A DNA stretch of 64,000 nucleotides from a virus: positions 32,001-96,000 of the IMG/VR virus record IMGVR_UViG_3300000976_000011. The stretch is one strand, 5' to 3'. A model generated the notes under the pieces. The model did no database searches and was not told the DNA's origin. It saw only the letters and a list, made by a program, of their open reading frames with translations. Numbering within the stretch: the stretch's first letter is position 1; each line of letters opens with the position of its first letter. Both the position numbers and the translations under genes were made by a program. This document shows positions 63,194 through 64,000 of this stretch, in pieces.

Positions 63194-63649
63194 TTATAGA
63201 AAGTCTGTATTTACCATTCCCTTTTCAGTTAATATAGAAAACTGCCAACCTTTTTTCTTAGCATATATTTTAGCCGCTTTCCACTTAGCAACATTTATTA
63301 TATATGTTGTTGCTTTATCCTCCCACTTTTTAGTTTTACGTTTCGGCTTCTTGGGTTGCTGAGTTTGGTCATATGGCTTAATTTCTACTATAGCTTCTTT
63401 AATAATTCCATTCTTATCTCTGAATTTCATATATACATCCATAAAGTACCGGTGAAATTTACCTGTTGTAGGTTTCTTATAAGGTATCACAACTTCTTCG
63501 CTGGACCAAGCAATAACGTTTGGATTTCTATCCATTTTTAAGAAATAGTTCAATTCCCAGCTGCTCCGATATACTATTTTTGTATAATCACCTTTATATT
63601 TTTTAGGGTTTTTAGGTGTAAATTTACCCTGATGATTAAATAATATTAT
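63194..63649 (-). CDS. 4: head completion nuclease gp4 (start uncertain)
   Basis: GKFTPKNPKKYKGD...YRSSWE, WSSEE..IPY, HRYF.D, EIKP..QT, N.AKWKAA, ILTE. Confidence 0.92.
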   Translation of the reverse strand: MILFNHQGKFTPKNPKKYKGDYTKIVYRSSWELNYFLKMDRNPNVIAWSSEEVVIPYKKPTTGKFHRYFMDVYMKFRDKNGIIKEAIVEIKPYDQTQQPKKPKRKTKKWEDKATTYIINVAKWKAAKIYAKKKGWQFSILTEKGMVNTDFL

Positions 63650-64000
63650 GGATATTGAAGATATTAAAAATAGAGTCTTTGGACAAGGATTAGCCCGAAG
63701 AAATAGATTCCAAGTAGAAATTCCAGGCATTCCTGAGGATTTATTGGCTAGTGAATGTAATCTTCCTGCTTTAAATATCAACACAACTCCTAATAGACAT
63801 TATCCGCCGATGCACCACGTTGCAACTGATATAGTATTTGAAGACTTAGCTATAACTTTTTACGTTGATTCGAATTATAACATACGTAAACAATTTCAGC
63901 TTTGGATCAATGAAATTATTAATATTCAGGATGGCTCGTGGAATTTCTTTGATGAATATGTAAGAGACATCAACATCTCGTTTCAAGATGAAGAGAACGC
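63648..64000 (+). CDS. gp54/gp48-like baseplate tail-tube protein, 3'-truncated by the window edge
   Basis: Not in ORF track; MDIEDIKNRVFGQGLARRNRFQVEIP...C.LP...F.D...TFYVD...R..F..W...I; divergent from gene 4. Confidence 0.7.
   Translation, partial: MDIEDIKNRVFGQGLARRNRFQVEIPGIPEDLLASECNLPALNINTTPNRHYPPMHHVATDIVFEDLAITFYVDSNYNIRKQFQLWINEIINIQDGSWNFFDEYVRDINISFQDEEN

Noticed and set aside
6006-63541. Numerous short antisense or nested ORFs (e.g. 6006, 7610, 13025, 19054, 21042, 33298, 48949, 53541, 56924, 58998, 63356)
   Set aside because: They overlap well-supported genes and show no motifs or RBS
63650-63784. Long N-terminal extension of gp4
   Set aside because: Antisense to the gp54/48-like gene and not similar to gp4
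1-64000. CRISPR array or rRNA
   Set aside because: No regularly spaced repeat-spacer units or rRNA-like sequence seen; the repeats found are promoters, leaders and the three-copy element

Overview
AT-rich fragment of a large T4-like (Tevenvirinae/Straboviridae-type) myophage genome; host not determinable, and gene content is compatible with a Gram-negative, possibly aquatic, bacterium. It carries the core replication/recombination/late-transcription genes (uvsW, 55, 47, 46, 45, 44, 62, regA, td, rnh, uvsY, ligase 30), virion genes 2, 4 and a gp54/gp48-like gene at the right edge, about 19 tRNA genes interleaved with several tRNA-like and other structured ncRNAs (25.6-33.2 kb plus 40.4 kb), ten free-standing HNH/GIY-YIG endonuclease genes plus three deletion remnants, and an anti-defence/metabolic toolkit (Prs-like + NAMPT-like NAD reconstitution pair, Mesh1-like HD hydrolase, macrodomain, RNA-ligase-like, Pth2-like, AlkB-like). 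Top candidates for new biology: (1) a minus-strand operon at 1-6480 joining a dCMP hydroxymethylase-type enzyme, NTP pyrophosphatases, myo-inositol-phosphate synthase, a HAD phosphatase, an FkbM methyltransferase and an aGPT-Pplase/AADT-type DNA transferase (missing from the ORF track), which suggests an inositol-based cytosine hypermodification; (2) a ~56-59 nt covarying structured element between convergent late promoters upstream of three HNH loci, whose loop matches each gene's own ribosome-binding site; (3) Tat-signal mini-proteins carrying major-capsid (Gol-like) peptide motifs; (4) non-canonical tRNA-like RNAs and a putative attenuator ahead of the tRNA operon. All family calls come from motif recognition by eye; no searches were run.
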